Positions 1 through 11,880 of a stretch of 39,193 nucleotides of DNA are shown here, piece after piece; positions within the stretch are counted from its first letter, which is position 1, and the number at the start of each line of letters is the position of its first letter. Source of the DNA: Paraspadella gotoi (Eukaryota; Animalia; Chaetognatha); the NCBI GenBank assembly GCA_051294375.1, contig JBJCIZ010000244.1:1-39193 (forward strand), given 5' to 3'. Below the pieces are notes generated by a model. The model did not search any database. It saw only the letters and a program-made list of their open reading frames with translations, and had not been told where the DNA came from. The position numbers and the translations under genes were made by a program.

Positions 1-340
1 AAATTTTTTTCTTTATTTCTCCTTTCTTATTCACTTACCAAGCATCCTGGCATAATTTTCCTTCATTTGATTCACAACGTCTTTTTCGAAGTTATTCCAT
101 TCACAGTTATAACTTCGCTCCTTTGTCTGTTTTGACACAGATACCTTTTTAAAAATTACAATGTTTTCTCGTTTCGCTTCCTCCTCCTACAGTTAGTATT
201 CCATCACAATCGTTTTAGCGGCGAATAAGACTCATTCTACAGTTTGAGAGCGTCCAGTGTTCGAGCCCAGATGAGCTTTTTTAAAAATGTTATTTCTTCA
301 GTCCCTTCACACTTCCGCGCCTCACATCATGCTACGCTCG

Positions 341-438
341 TTCTCTCGTCTCTTCTCTCTCTCTCTCTCTTCTTCTCTCTCTCTCTCTCTCTCTCTCCTC
401 TTCTCTCTCTCTCTCTCCTGCTCTCTCGTCTCTCTCTC
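341..438. repeat. (CT)n microsatellite
   Basis: Interrupted CT dinucleotide run; source of the spurious SL-rich ORFs at 244-718. Confidence 0.95.
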
Positions 439-747
439 TTTCCCCCCCACTAGTAGAACGCGCGAGAACACAAAACACGCTGACCCAGCTTACCTCACGA
501 GTTGGAGATTCTTATCATTTCCAGGCGATTTTTATCCGACGTCGAACATCTCGATTATCAGCAGGGGAAACCCCCCCCCCTCCACCTCCCCATCTGCACC
601 ACGCCCTATTCGTTATCGTTATTCTCGGCCAGAAATGATTCTGTTTCTTTTGCTTCTTCCTTTACTCCCTCCCGCCTTAACTCTTCCCACACCGTTCTTT
701 CCCCATGTAGCCAGATAACATAACATGCGGAAGTTTCTTTTAATAAA

Positions 748-863
748 AAAGCGCCCCATTTCTAATCCTAAAAACCTAACCCTGATCCCTAAGCTAATCC
801 CTAACCTAATCTAACCTAAAACACTTAATTTAATTACGAGTTTAAGTTAAAATTGGGCGCTTT
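748..863. repeat. Degenerate (CCCTAA/CCTAA)-like telomere-type repeats bracketed by a 14-bp inverted repeat (MITE-like remnant)
   Basis: aaagcgccccattt (748-761) matches the reverse complement of aaattgggcgcttt (850-863) at 13/14; the interior has cctaaccctga, ccctaacctaatctaacctaa. Confidence 0.55.
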
Positions 864-1358
864 GAGGAAATTCGGGCCCATTTCTTTACCTCCCTCGCCC
901 TCTTATCAAATCCGTACCTTCTCCACCATTTCCTAAAAAATTAACTATTCTCTTTGATAAATTTACTTTCGGCTACAAGAAGGGTAAACCCAACTGCTTC
1001 AATGTCCAATGGTCCAATTGTCCATCCTTCCATTTCTTCGAGCGGGCTGCGTCAGAAACAAACTGAAATTGGGAAATCGAAATTGCAAAAACTTTCCGCT
1101 TCATCTCTTCTTTCCTCCGTTAAATTTTCAAATGGCAATCCTTATCTTTCCTTACTCTCATTAATCTCCCTCTTCTTCCTCAACTTGTGTTGCTCACTTT
1201 AAATTTTGCGAGCATTTTTTTCCCCCTGATTTTTACATTTTTTTTCCATTCAATTCTTGAACCATCCATATGCCTTTTCTGTTGCCAGCTTTTGCCCAAC
1301 TTTTTGTTCGAAGCAAAAATCAATCACTCCGGCGTTATCTCTCACCATCCACGCGGTT

Positions 1359-1402
1359 CTCTTTCTCTCTCTCTGTTCTCTCTTTCTCATCTTTCTCCTC
1401 TC

Positions 1403-1446
<44 letters not shown>

Positions 1447-1469
1447 TCTCTCTCTCTCTCTCTCTCTCT
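1359..1469. repeat. (CT)n microsatellite
   Basis: Interrupted CT run. Confidence 0.95.
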
Positions 1470-3174
1470 ATCAGTTTTTCAACATTCGAAATTGGATCTG
1501 AGTTTCTACAACAAACGGCGTACTTTTTTTTACTCTTTTCTCGCCAACATCTGTTTTTTAAATATGTGATTTAATTCGGTTTTTGATATTTGACTTCAGG
1601 GCGCAGCGTCTAGTCTATGCCAAGAATGAATATTATGAACATTGCACTCGATATCTATAAATTCATCCAGTTGTCTACCTCACGAGGAAAATGATACTTC
1701 GTCGAAAGTTTCGATTATACCCCAAACAATCTAAAAGTGCTGAGTTAAAACAACTTATTCAATTGGACTAAATCCAATCTTTCGATGTTCATTCCTGTTT
1801 TCACGCCGATTTAGAAAAAAAACCCGCGAAATTCAAATCACACCTAACAAAAAACCTCAAACCGGAGGGCTGCCACGGTTTGCCTCTTTTGCTCGAGAAA
1901 ACAGAAAAAGACCTTTATCTTCGCTTCCTTCGATCATCGATTAAACTTCTTACATTCTGAGGCGACAAGAAACGAGAGAAATGATTTACTATAGACTTTG
2001 CCATTTGCCTCAAAAACTTAATCACGTTTTGATTCAGTTTCTCTTACATTTTTCGTTATAAATAATAATATTCATTGGAAAATAAAAATCAACGTTACTT
2101 CGTCAGCATCTCTTTCCACAACTTACCACTTGTTTGGACCCGACGTTGAGATTTAATTCTTCTCTGATTTAATTCTAAAAACACACTAATAGTCATCTAT
2201 AGTTAAGCTCTCTTACTATGTAAAATTCGACATAATTCTTCCCTTTTAAAACTTTTTTAGTGCGTGGTATTTTTGTAGTGATCTTCTTTTAAGTATTTAA
2301 AGAGGTTGTATAGTTTTGCCTTAGCTTTCTTCCAGTCATAAATAAATTGGACTGACCGGACCATATGACAGTCCTCCACAGTCTCCATTCTGACCCATCT
2401 CATGCAGTCGCTTACCGCCAACAAAAAACGAAAAAAAACCATGACGCACCTCCGGCGGATCGGACGAAAGTCATCACGAACTTTTCCTTGACGAATCTGA
2501 CTTTATGAATTACTTTTTGGTTAATTAAGAATCCAATCTTTCTAACAATTTCGGCATAAACTAACAAAAGAAACCCCCAAAAAATCATTAATAAAATAGC
2601 TTATGACAAAAACATCCGAAAAGACTTATCTTCGCTAATGTCATTCAGGGCCAATGCTATTTAATCGTCTTGTTGATCGATATTTCTGCGAACGTTTAAC
2701 ACATCTGCTTATCTTTAAATATTACAGACAAAAGAACTGACCATCTAACTTATTAACCATGCAACCACGCATCCAGATCGCTCAACAGTGGGAGAGCCAA
2801 TTGGCCAGTCAGCATATTTTTTGCATTTATTGTTTTGTTACAAACCGAAGAAAAGTTTTTTATTTGATAAAGTAAGTAGAAAACAATTAATAACATACAT
2901 CTAGTATGATATATACTAACTTACTAAGTATTCTGACGAACCAATTTCTTCCCTACCTTCCTATCATCCATCTAAATAAAAATTCTTAAGAAACTTGGCT
3001 AAAATTAGTAAAGTCTCGACCAAGAAAAAAATGTCTGTCGCATCGGAATTAATCTTTTTCATCCTCATCCAACGACAACTCTCATTTAAAATCTATTCAG
3101 ACGATACAATTCATAAATCCGCTCGAAACGCATTCAAGGTGTTTGAATTCGCCCGCAAATAGTTTTTCCCTCGC

Positions 3175-3457
3175 GCCTCGCGGAAGGTCGACGGAGTCGC
3201 GAGCCCACAGGGCAGAGATCGGGGACAGAGGCGTCCGAGCAACGTAGGTAGGGCTTTAGAAAGGAGGCTCTTGTCTGCGGGCCAAAAAGGATCTACCCCT
3301 CTAACGGGTTGACGGGCGGCGTTCCTTTCTACTGAGGACAAACGGGCGGGTCCCATGTGTTCGCGGAAGAATCCGCAAGGAGAACAATCTTCGCATGGGC
3401 GTGCCGGGTTAGGCCTGTGTAGTTAAAAACGCACCGGAGATCTCGAATCGCCGAGGC
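3175..3457. other. GC-rich island with many potential helices, possible structured ncRNA, family unassigned
   Basis: Closing helix gcctcg/cgaggc; internal gcccacagggcagag/ctcttgtctgcgggc, cccatgtg/cgcatggg, gcgga/tccgc, ccgg/ccgg. No family motif recognised. Confidence 0.25.
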
Positions 3458-3759
3458 TGTAACAAATTATTAGCTTACAAGAAGATAACGAGTCTTGGCT
3501 GATTGTGAGTTTTGCCTTTTTTCTTCTACTTTATCTTGCACTCTTCTGTAAGCGAATTTAACCGGATTGCACTGCTAACATTGAATTATGGTCACCCATG
3601 CTCAGCAGTTTTGATATGACACCAATTTTCAATCGCAGGCTTAAATAAAGCCCGAATATAGATCTACAAAACAGACACGTCGCAATAAATTATCGACAAA
3701 TCGAATGAGATAATCTCTTAATCCCCAGTGACTGTAATTTTTTCAAAATTTCTCTTAGA

Positions 3760-3855
3760 TGAGAAGAGAGAAAGAGAGAGAGAGACGAGAGAGAAAGAGA
3801 AAGAGAAAGAGACGAGAGAAGAGAGAGAACGAGATGAGAGAGCAGATGAGAGAGA
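3760..3855. repeat. (GA)n-rich microsatellite
   Basis: Interrupted GA run. Confidence 0.9.
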
Positions 3856-4286
3856 CCTTCTTTGCATGACTTTTGATCCTACAAAGGGCTGGACAGAATG
3901 AGATTCGATGGAGCGAAGATAATCTTTCATATAATAATCAGTGTCATGCCATCTCGCCAAACTTAGTGAGGCCTTCAGGGTCTTTCATAGTTTGTTCGCG
4001 GCCTCAACACGAGAAAGTTCGCCAAAGACAAGCAAGAAACAACACTCGAAATCTCTTCGAGTCGGCTCGATCGGTCATTGATAGCCCGCCTCTGTGATTT
4101 TATCGAATTTTATTAAATTTATCGAATTTTTCGATAAGTGGGAAAATTTTATCAAGAACGCACTTCGAATACAAAAATTGAATAGAAGCATCAATTAAGA
4201 GCCATTTTATAGAGTGAAGTGGAGAAATACAAATCACGTGCCCGGGCCGAGAGGCCTTGGCCCTGGTTCTTTAAAAACTAAGCAAG

Positions 4287-5816
4287 ATGGCTGCCGTCAA
4301 CAGAAAAAGTACTTCCATGCCAAATAATACCGAAAAGGCGAGACATTTAAAGATTTTGAAGCAATACAAAACCGTCTTGTCGCAGATCGAGAAACTTCCC
4401 GAACCAGTTCGCAAGAATATCGAAGAGTTAGCGAAGGGCGACGGAGTGGAGCTGATAAATCTAGAAATGGAGGATGCCCAATCGTTGGAAAAACCGACGT
4501 TGAATCAGCAGACTGAGACTGCGAACTCTGAATCTCTTAATCCGCCACCTGATAAGAATGAACAGAGTCCTACGCAGGACCAGAAGCTGGACGGAGCCAC
4601 AAGATCAATCGTCTTAGATGGAAATATCCCAAAAGAGATTAAAGAATCAAGAATGAAGGTAATAGAGCTGGTTGAAAAGTTTAAAAGACCTGATGCGGAA
4701 ATTGATGAAATTAAAGTTACAAAAAGAGGAGATATTATTTTGATAGCAAAAAATGTGCATGCATTTAATATCCTAATACAGGTGGACACGTGGAAAGAGA
4801 ACGAATTCAGTCTAAGGCCAAAGATTCCTGTCGAAAGAGCTGTACGCCAAAACGTCTTACTGAAGGGAGTTCATCCATCAATCTCAATGGAGCAAATCAT
4901 GGAAGCTATGCGGGAAAAAGGCTTTTATCCCGCGGAAGCAATTAGACTTCAATCAGCTAAGTCGGAGGTGAGCAGTTGGAATGTAAAAATAAGTCTTACA
5001 TCCAAGTCGGAGAAAGAGAGAATCTTAAATGAAGGAAAATTTCATGCATTTTACAAGGTTCATCAAGTGGTAGATTTTAACTCCAACAACGTGACGCAGT
5101 GTTTTAAGTGCCAACGATTTGGACATCGAGCAACAGAATGCAAGGAAGCTGTTAACACATGTGTTAAGTGTGGAGAAGGTCACCACCACTCTGTCTGTCA
5201 GATAGAGAGAGAACATCTAAAATGCTGCAATTGCGGAGGCAACCATCCTGCATCGTATAAGGGCTGTCGGGCCTTTAAGGAGATAAGGAACGCATCAAAA
5301 CCGATAAATCCGACAAATAAAGGAACGCCTAAGGAACGTCAAAATAACGTCGACAAAAGAAGTTACGCATCAGTCGTCTTCAGCGATGCAGAGGATGCAA
5401 GGGAGATAAAGGCTTTTTCGGAAAGAGTCGTCTTCCCCATGACCGGTTTTCTGCTAAACTCCATGAGAGAAATCTTTTTGGAGTTCATGGAATACGATCG
5501 AAGAAGAGAGGCTTCAAATATGGAAACTCCAAGCATGGAGGATCGACAACTAAGGTGGGAAAGAAACTTAATTGATAAAACCTTTTGTATGCTTGAAAAA
5601 ACGGTGGGTAAATTGTGGAGTGATGAAGAAAAGAATCAGGGTTTCCAAAATGATATCCTTAGGACTGCGAACTTCAGTCGAGGAATCCAATCTGACCTTG
5701 AACCCAATCAAAGACCAACAACCGGACCTGACAGTCCTAACAAAGGAGAATCTCCAAACTACGGATCGGATTCAGGGGGATCTTTCAGCTCCTGCACCTC
5801 CGTCTCGGGTATTTAG
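4287..5816 (+). CDS. LINE ORF1, gag-like nucleic-acid-binding protein (probably extends to 6180 across a 1-bp indel)
   Basis: 509-aa ORF with QCFKCQRFGHRATEC, CVKCGEGHHHSVC and CCNCGGNHPASYKGC knuckles preceded by a VLLKGVHPSISMEQI RRM/PRE_C2HC-like segment. Confidence 0.92.
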   Translation: MAAVNRKSTSMPNNTEKARHLKILKQYKTVLSQIEKLPEPVRKNIEELAKGDGVELINLEMEDAQSLEKPTLNQQTETANSESLNPPPDKNEQSPTQDQKLDGATRSIVLDGNIPKEIKESRMKVIELVEKFKRPDAEIDEIKVTKRGDIILIAKNVHAFNILIQVDTWKENEFSLRPKIPVERAVRQNVLLKGVHPSISMEQIMEAMREKGFYPAEAIRLQSAKSEVSSWNVKISLTSKSEKERILNEGKFHAFYKVHQVVDFNSNNVTQCFKCQRFGHRATECKEAVNTCVKCGEGHHHSVCQIEREHLKCCNCGGNHPASYKGCRAFKEIRNASKPINPTNKGTPKERQNNVDKRSYASVVFSDAEDAREIKAFSERVVFPMTGFLLNSMREIFLEFMEYDRRREASNMETPSMEDRQLRWERNLIDKTFCMLEKTVGKLWSDEEKNQGFQNDILRTANFSRGIQSDLEPNQRPTTGPDSPNKGESPNYGSDSGGSFSSCTSVSGI

Positions 5817-6163
5817 TTTACAATCTCTTGAGGATAGTGAGATCTCATGGAGTGAGGGAAATTCATCTTACGTTTCTATAAATGACGAACAGGTGGAATC
5901 ACCAAGATCGGAAATTCGAACGTACAAGAGAGCAAGAACACGAACAACGGAAGATTCATTAACCTCAACGCCTTTAATGCGGAACCCGCTGATCAATCCA
6001 ATACGGAAATCGGATCGTCTTTCGAGGAGGACAGTTTCGAGTCCAGCGGACTGCACAGCGACAGGAAACAATCTCCAAACAATAGATGCAACTGCAAGAA
6101 TTATTCAGGGACGAGCCCAGAAGGATCAACAGATAACGAGAGGGTTACAGGGAGAAACCCAAG

Positions 6164-8941
6164 ATGGATCGTCTCAATGATCAAGGATCACTTGTCCTTC
6201 AGGTGAATACGAATGGCAATCCAGGAAGACTTCCGGAGCTGATAAATTTAATTTATTCCACTGAGCAATTACCGTTGGTTCTATTAAACGATACAAGATG
6301 TACGGTTCTAGATGTAAACATTTTTAAAGGATTTAAGTTATTAATTAGAGATCCAATGACTAAGGGAGCGGGAGGAGTTGTAACCTTAGTACCAGAAAAG
6401 TGGGAATTCTTTCAAGTTGATTTAAAACTGCATGAAGAATTAGAGTATATATGCTTAGTTATTGATAGAGGGACCTCAAAATTTAAAATACTAAATGTAT
6501 ATCTAAGACCGAATTGGGAATTTAAAGAAGAAATTTTTAAGAAGTTTTCACAAATAAAAAGTAACGGAAGAGAAATACCAGGATTTATCATTGGGGATTT
6601 AAATTGTCCAAATGAGGAATGGGGCTCTAGATTTACGAATAGGAATGGAAAGAAACTAGCTGAGACTCTAGCGGCACTTGATTTCGAAATAGGAAATGAC
6701 ATTAAGGCACATACTTATGCGGGATTTGACGGATCTGAAAATAACCTGGATTTATGTATGGGGACAGCGGAATCGTTAGGCTTAATCGAAAGGTGGTCCT
6801 GCGAGAAAAACATAGGAAGTGATCACTTAGTGATGGAAATTAATCTTGGCCTTACACTGGGTAATAAGAGAGATAAAGGAAAGAGAGTAAACTGGTCAAT
6901 ATTTCGGGAAAATCTCGATCTGCTATGCAATGATGAGGAAAAAAGGTTAAATCGCACTGAGGAGATAGATGAAGAATTGGAAGTATGGTACAAACGTGTT
7001 TATGAAGCGTATGAAAAGTCAACAGAAGAATTTGAAATTAAATTTAAAGGGAAAATTCGTTTAAGTAGACAGAGCAGAGAGCTAATAAACACAAGGAGAT
7101 TTTTACAGAAATTGAAAAAATCGGGCCGTTTAAGCGAAGAGTTGAGAGGTTCGGTTAAGGCAGTTCTAAATAAAATATGTAAAAAAATAAGGAATTCGAT
7201 AGAGAGAGATTCTTCGGAGTACTTCGAGTCAAAAGCTTTGGAGATGAATGCTACTAAAGACTCAAAAAAGAAATGGAATATTATAAACGAAATGTTAGGG
7301 AAAGGAAGAACTCCAACAGATTATTCGAAACTCTGTGATCAAACTGGAAGAACATGTGAAACAAACGAAGAAAGGGCGGAGGCATTTGCAAAGAAAATGG
7401 ATATTTCGTATGCGTTTCCAAGCAATCCTTTCTTTGATGAAGAATTTAAGGGAGAAACAGACAAAAAAGTGAGTGAATTCAGAGAAAATAGCAGGATATT
7501 GGAGGACGACCTGATACTTGATTTCCCAGGATGGGAGATGTTTATTAAAGTAATTAAAAACTTAAGAACTAAACAGCTCCAGGTGAAGATAATATCACAC
7601 ACGCAATGATAAAGAATTTAAGTGAGAAAAGTACTAAGGAACCATACGATATTATGAAATCGGCTTTTAAAATAAATTATTTTCCAAAAAAATGGCGAAA
7701 CGCAGTTATAAATATGATACCTAAAAAGGGAAAACCACCAAATTCAGTTAAGGGATTCCGACCAATCAGCCTTCTGAGTTGTGTGGGGAAACTATACGAG
7801 AGATTTATGAGAAATGCTTTATTGACATGCATGAATATTAAGGATATTAAGAACCCGATACAAGCGGGTTTTTGTAGAGGAAGATGTACTCAGGAACATT
7901 TGATACGACTAACAGAGGATGTCGCTAGAGGATTTGCAAACGATAAGATTACAGTAGCGGTATTTCATGATGTTGAAGACGCATTTAATCGAGTGGTGGC
8001 ACAATGGCCTGGTCTCAAAAATGATTGATCTAGATTTCCCCGTAGGTATGATTAGACTTATTGATTCATACTTAGAGGATAGATACGTAACTGTTTAAAG
8101 TGGGAACAAGTCCGTCAAGAAGAATATATATGAACTGTGCTGTCCGCAGGGTGGAGTGATCTCGCCAGATATCTTTTCAATTTATGTGTTGGACATTACG
8201 AATAAAGTGCCTAAGGTCGTTGAAAACAGTCAATTTGCGGATGATACTGCTAATTGGATTAACTGAATCATCACTAGAATATTGTCAATTTGAGATGAAG
8301 AGGACTATGGATGCGATTCAGCGCTGGTGCAGCAGATGGCGGCTTAAACTGGCACCAGAAAAAATGTCAATTGTTAATTTTCTCTAGGAGACGTAGACCA
8401 CATTATGGTGAATTAGATCTTTCCCTTTTGGTACTAAGATAAGTATTATTAAAGAAGCAATATTTTGGGGGTTACTTTTGACGGGAGGCTGAATTGGGAA
8501 AACATATTAATAATATTGCAATTAAAATGCTCGTCAGAGTGTGCGGTGCTCAGTAAATTAAAATTTAAATATCGTAATTTAAATACTGATGCTAATATTT
8601 AAACCTCTATTCTACGTTTGTTGATGTCGATGCTAGAATATAGTATGTCCTGTTATTGTATCAGGTCCAAAGCTCTTGGCAAAAAACTTGAAATTATTGA
8701 ATATTCGTTTTTTGAAAGAGTATTCTTTGTATCCCTAGAGCGAGTGCTAATGAATTAGCCCTAGACTTAGTCGGTCTAAACCATACGAATTAGAATTAGA
8801 AAAAGCGGCAAAAATACAAAAGGGCAAATTAATGGTATAATACTGCCCCTATTACCAAAGTATATATGGTGATTATGGAATAACTATCGTAGTAACAATA
8901 GAGTGACTTGTCCAATCGAGTATTTAGCTGAGACAATTTAA
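6164..8941 (+). pseudogene. LINE ORF2, AP endonuclease + reverse transcriptase, frameshifted in this assembly
   Basis: APE motifs VLQVN, NVYLRP, IIGDLN, WGS, NLDL, GSDH (6164-7609). RT motifs WRNAVINMIPKKGKP, FRPISLLSCVGKLYER, QAGF, DVEDAFNRV (7606-8028), PQGGVISP (~8145), SQFADD (~8230), GVTFDGRLNW (~8470). No RNase H seen; the end at TAA 8939-8941 is inferred. Confidence 0.92.
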
Positions 8942-9246
8942 AAGTTTGTTTTTAGAAACATTTTTTGTAAGATTTAAACACATTATGGTATTATATATAT
9001 AGAGGTTACCATTATCTTCGAATTCACAAGGGGAAAAGATTGATGTATTATTGGAGATGATAAGTAAAAGCTAATTCTGTTTTCTTACGCATGGACATAT
9101 TGAATTTAATTACCCTTTCTGAAATTGCCTTCTATTGACAGTTGGAGAAGTTTGAATCTGTACTATTCTGTTTTGTACTGTGATCATTTGTATTGATGTG
9201 ATTTTTGTATTACCTGCGACCCATGGCCCCTCCGGCCCGTCCAATG

Positions 9247-9283
9247 AATAAAACCTATTAAAACCTATTAAACCTAAACCTAT
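9247..9283 (+). repeat. LINE 3' end: AATAAA plus (AAACCT[ATT])n tail
   Basis: aataaaacctattaaaacctattaaacctaaacctat; similar tail in the second copy at ~20800-20833. Confidence 0.75.
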
Positions 9284-9299
9284 GAGAATTTTTAACGTA

Positions 9300-9418
9300 A
9301 GTGCGGGACAGCACCGATGGCACAGACATACCGACCAACGCACCGACCGAGCGACCGACAAACCGTCTGAAAGTGACTTATTAAATTGCTCTGTGATTAC
9401 TCGCGGCCCAACTAAAAA
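9300..9418 (-). mobile_element. Degenerate HINE/DINE-1-like terminal fragment
   Basis: (ACCG/ACAG)n microsatellite followed by aaagtgactta...actaaaaa, the same layout as the family at 28300-28509. Confidence 0.45.
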
Positions 9419-9603
9419 TGAAAAAAGGAATATAATATTAAAGATTTGTTCATTATCAAAATTTAAAAAAAAAAAATAAAATATAAAATATTGAGATAAG
9501 ACAGTTTTTTGAGGGATTTACAAGCTTTTAATTTTTGCCGATATTTCGATTTAAATTGATAAATCATTTTTCAAGGCAGTCCAAATGTAAAAAATAAAAG
9601 ATA

Positions 9604-9826
9604 TAAAGAGACAGTAATGGTTGTGAATTAGTGACAGAACGGTTCAATATAAGCAATCCCTGATCAGGTTTGTATCACCGTGTTACAGGCGTGTTAAGCG
9701 CCCTGTCTATCTTAATTGCTAGGCGACCACCAGCTAGAACCCCGGACCATTTGGATTTGGGAGGGGAACGACTGTCTTCCAGCACGATGGTCACAGATGA
9801 ACGGATGGGGATTTTTGTCCACCATA
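9604..9826 (-). mobile_element. Diverged solo LTR of the tRNA-containing TRIM
   Basis: Collinear with the reverse complement of 29967-30200 (gagacagtaat...gtgttacaggc...gctagaaccccggacc...gtccaccata). Confidence 0.85.
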
Positions 9827-9834
9827 TATATTAA

Positions 9835-10455
9835 GCGTATAGTGAAAGTTACGTACGAAAATTCTAAATGTCAATTATGAAACAACATACCATCAGTGAA
9901 CATTAATTTGTAAAAAAAATTAATTTTTTATGTTTTAATTTTCGCAGTAGGCTATATTATATATAGTACTATCCTTATAAAATCGAAAAATTTCAAAATA
10001 GGCCTTTCTTAATTTTGATTGCAGATTTGAATTCCTCGTCAAAAGTTGATAAAAGAAAATATAAATTATTTTTAAAAATTCTTTCATTAAGTGAGTTAAA
10101 AAATTATAAAAAACTATATTAATATATAAAAAGTTATATTTCAGCTTAAAATATAGTTTTTTTTTCTAAAATTTTTACTGACCCAACTTAAATGAAAGAA
10201 AATTTTTAAAAAGAGTTATATTCTTTTTATCAAACTTTTTTATGACAAATCCAAATCTGCAAAAAAATCTTAGAAAAAACTGTTTTTGAAATTTTAACAT
10301 TTATTGGATTAGTACTAGTATAAATATGCCTACTGTGTAAATTGTTAAAATTTATTATAAATTTTTTTTATACATAAATGTCATTATGTTATATGTTGTT
10401 CGTTCCTCACTTTTAGAATTTAATTAAAGTTAAATTTAGAAATTTTACTACGCCC
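9835..10455. mobile_element. ~0.6-kb foldback MITE with TTAA flanks (Kolobok-like non-autonomous DNA transposon)
   Basis: TTAA at 9831-9834 and 10456-10459; TIR ggcgtagt(g/a)aaa, clearest in copy 21365-21954; imperfectly palindromic interior. TTAA TSD with GG termini is the Kolobok pattern. Confidence 0.65.
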
Positions 10456-10660
10456 TTAATATATATATAATATAAGTCAAAGGGAATCAGAAAGGGGGAG
10501 AGGGAGGGAGTGAGGGAGAGAGAGAGTAAGAGAGAGAGATAGAGGGTAAAATTCTAAAGAAATTATGGGGACAAACACAGGACAAAAGAAGAATAAAAGG
10601 CTAAGCCCTGGGTCCTCCCTCCACCATGAATCTTAAAGTGGTGTTTTCATATTTTGTAGG

Positions 10661-10725
10661 AGCGGGTTCTATGCTTGCCATAGCGGGTTCTATGCTTGCC
10701 ATAGCGGGTTCTATGCTTGCCATAG
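10661..10725. repeat. 21-bp tandem repeat x3
   Basis: agcgggttctatgcttgccat repeated three times exactly. Confidence 0.95.
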
Positions 10726-11730
10726 TTGCCGTCGTCCTCGTTAAAATCTGCACTTGTAAATCAAGATAGAGGCTCACCTTACCGCCAAAACCTCTCTCTC
10801 CCCCGGGCCTTTTCTTCCCCCTCTCAACGCCTCCTCCTCCCCTCGTCGTCCCCTCCTCTTCATCCCCGGAGTCACGGATAGAGTCTTGGAGATCGGACTC
10901 TCTCTCTCTCTCAACTTCTCCTCTCGGTCTCGGGGTCTGCAAACCTTCCCTCTCCCTTCTCTCCCTTTTATGTACCCTTCTTCCCTTTGTTATAGTTACT
11001 TACCTATTACCAATATATTCCTTACCCTACTTACCTCTTTTCCCTGATGAGAGACTAGTTAGGACCTACCTTTAGCTAGATACCCATCTTCCCAGTAAAT
11101 CCCACAAAAAAACTGTCTAATCTCAATATACCTCACCTGTACATAAGATGTCTCTTCAAAATTAAACAAAATATATTTTCTGGATGATTTTTTTTTAACC
11201 TGATTTTTTATTTTTTCGCTCATTTTCCCATACTCCATTTTTGCGTGTGCCGTATACGCGCTTGCAAACACATCAATAAAAACGTACTCACCCTTATCCA
11301 TTAAACTATAAAAAAATCCCAAAAGACTTGTTAATTTTCACAAGATATTATTTATATTATTTATTTTTATTAAGTCGCAATCCATTTCTATCAAATAGTA
11401 TCAATGGGAATTACGACAATGCCCCCTGAGGTTTTTATTTTAACAAAAGCATCAGGATGTTACTTCAAAGCCATATGATACTTGAAGCGCCAAGAGTGAC
11501 GTCTGAAATCTAAGAAGAAGTTGTCTCCAACTTTTTTTTATTCTAAAAAATATACACTGGGGCGAAAAAAAAATCACTACTTTTATAACGACGAGAAAAA
11601 CCATATTGGATGGACTAATTTAAAAAAAGATAGAAATATAGAATAAACTTATAAAAAGCCAAGTCCCATCAAAGTCAAGGGAGGGAGTTAAAAATTGTGG
11701 GACGCTATGAGATATGTCATCTTTCAAAAC

Positions 11731-11880
11731 CCGCCCCGCGGGGTGGCTCTAGGGGCGGCCACAGGGGGAAGACTATTCCAGGGGGAGCAGCAAAATGGTT
11801 ATTGAGGGGGCGCCCCCTCTTGATTGCCTCAAGGGGCCGCCAACGCGGCAAACATTTTGCATCTATTAGGGGCGCCCATA
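11731..11880. repeat. GC-rich patch, probable degraded MITE
   Basis: ggggtggctctaggggcggcc and repeated ggggcgccc motifs in an AT-rich background; termini not resolved. Confidence 0.3.

Larger units (their letters stand above)
3938..9283 (+). mobile_element. Non-LTR retrotransposon (LINE), Jockey/I-group-like, near full length
   Basis: ORF1 (CCHC x3), ORF2 (APE + RT), 3' UTR, AATAAA at 9247 and a short tandem-repeat tail. The 5' end is uncertain (Inr-like TCAGT at 3938 used); no TSD found. Confidence 0.9.

Noticed and set aside
244-1574. Several 70-140 aa ORFs rich in S and L
   Set aside because: Most are translations of CT microsatellites and pyrimidine-rich tracts; no domain motifs.
4505-7602. 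Antisense ORFs within the LINE
   Set aside because: Short shadow frames of ORF1, the bridging frame and ORF2.
10601-11322. Minus-strand ORFs 10601-10942 (MASIEPA repeats) and 11059-11322 as host exons
   Set aside because: No recognisable domain; the first derives from a 21-bp repeat and CT-rich sequence. BLASTX or RNA-seq is needed.
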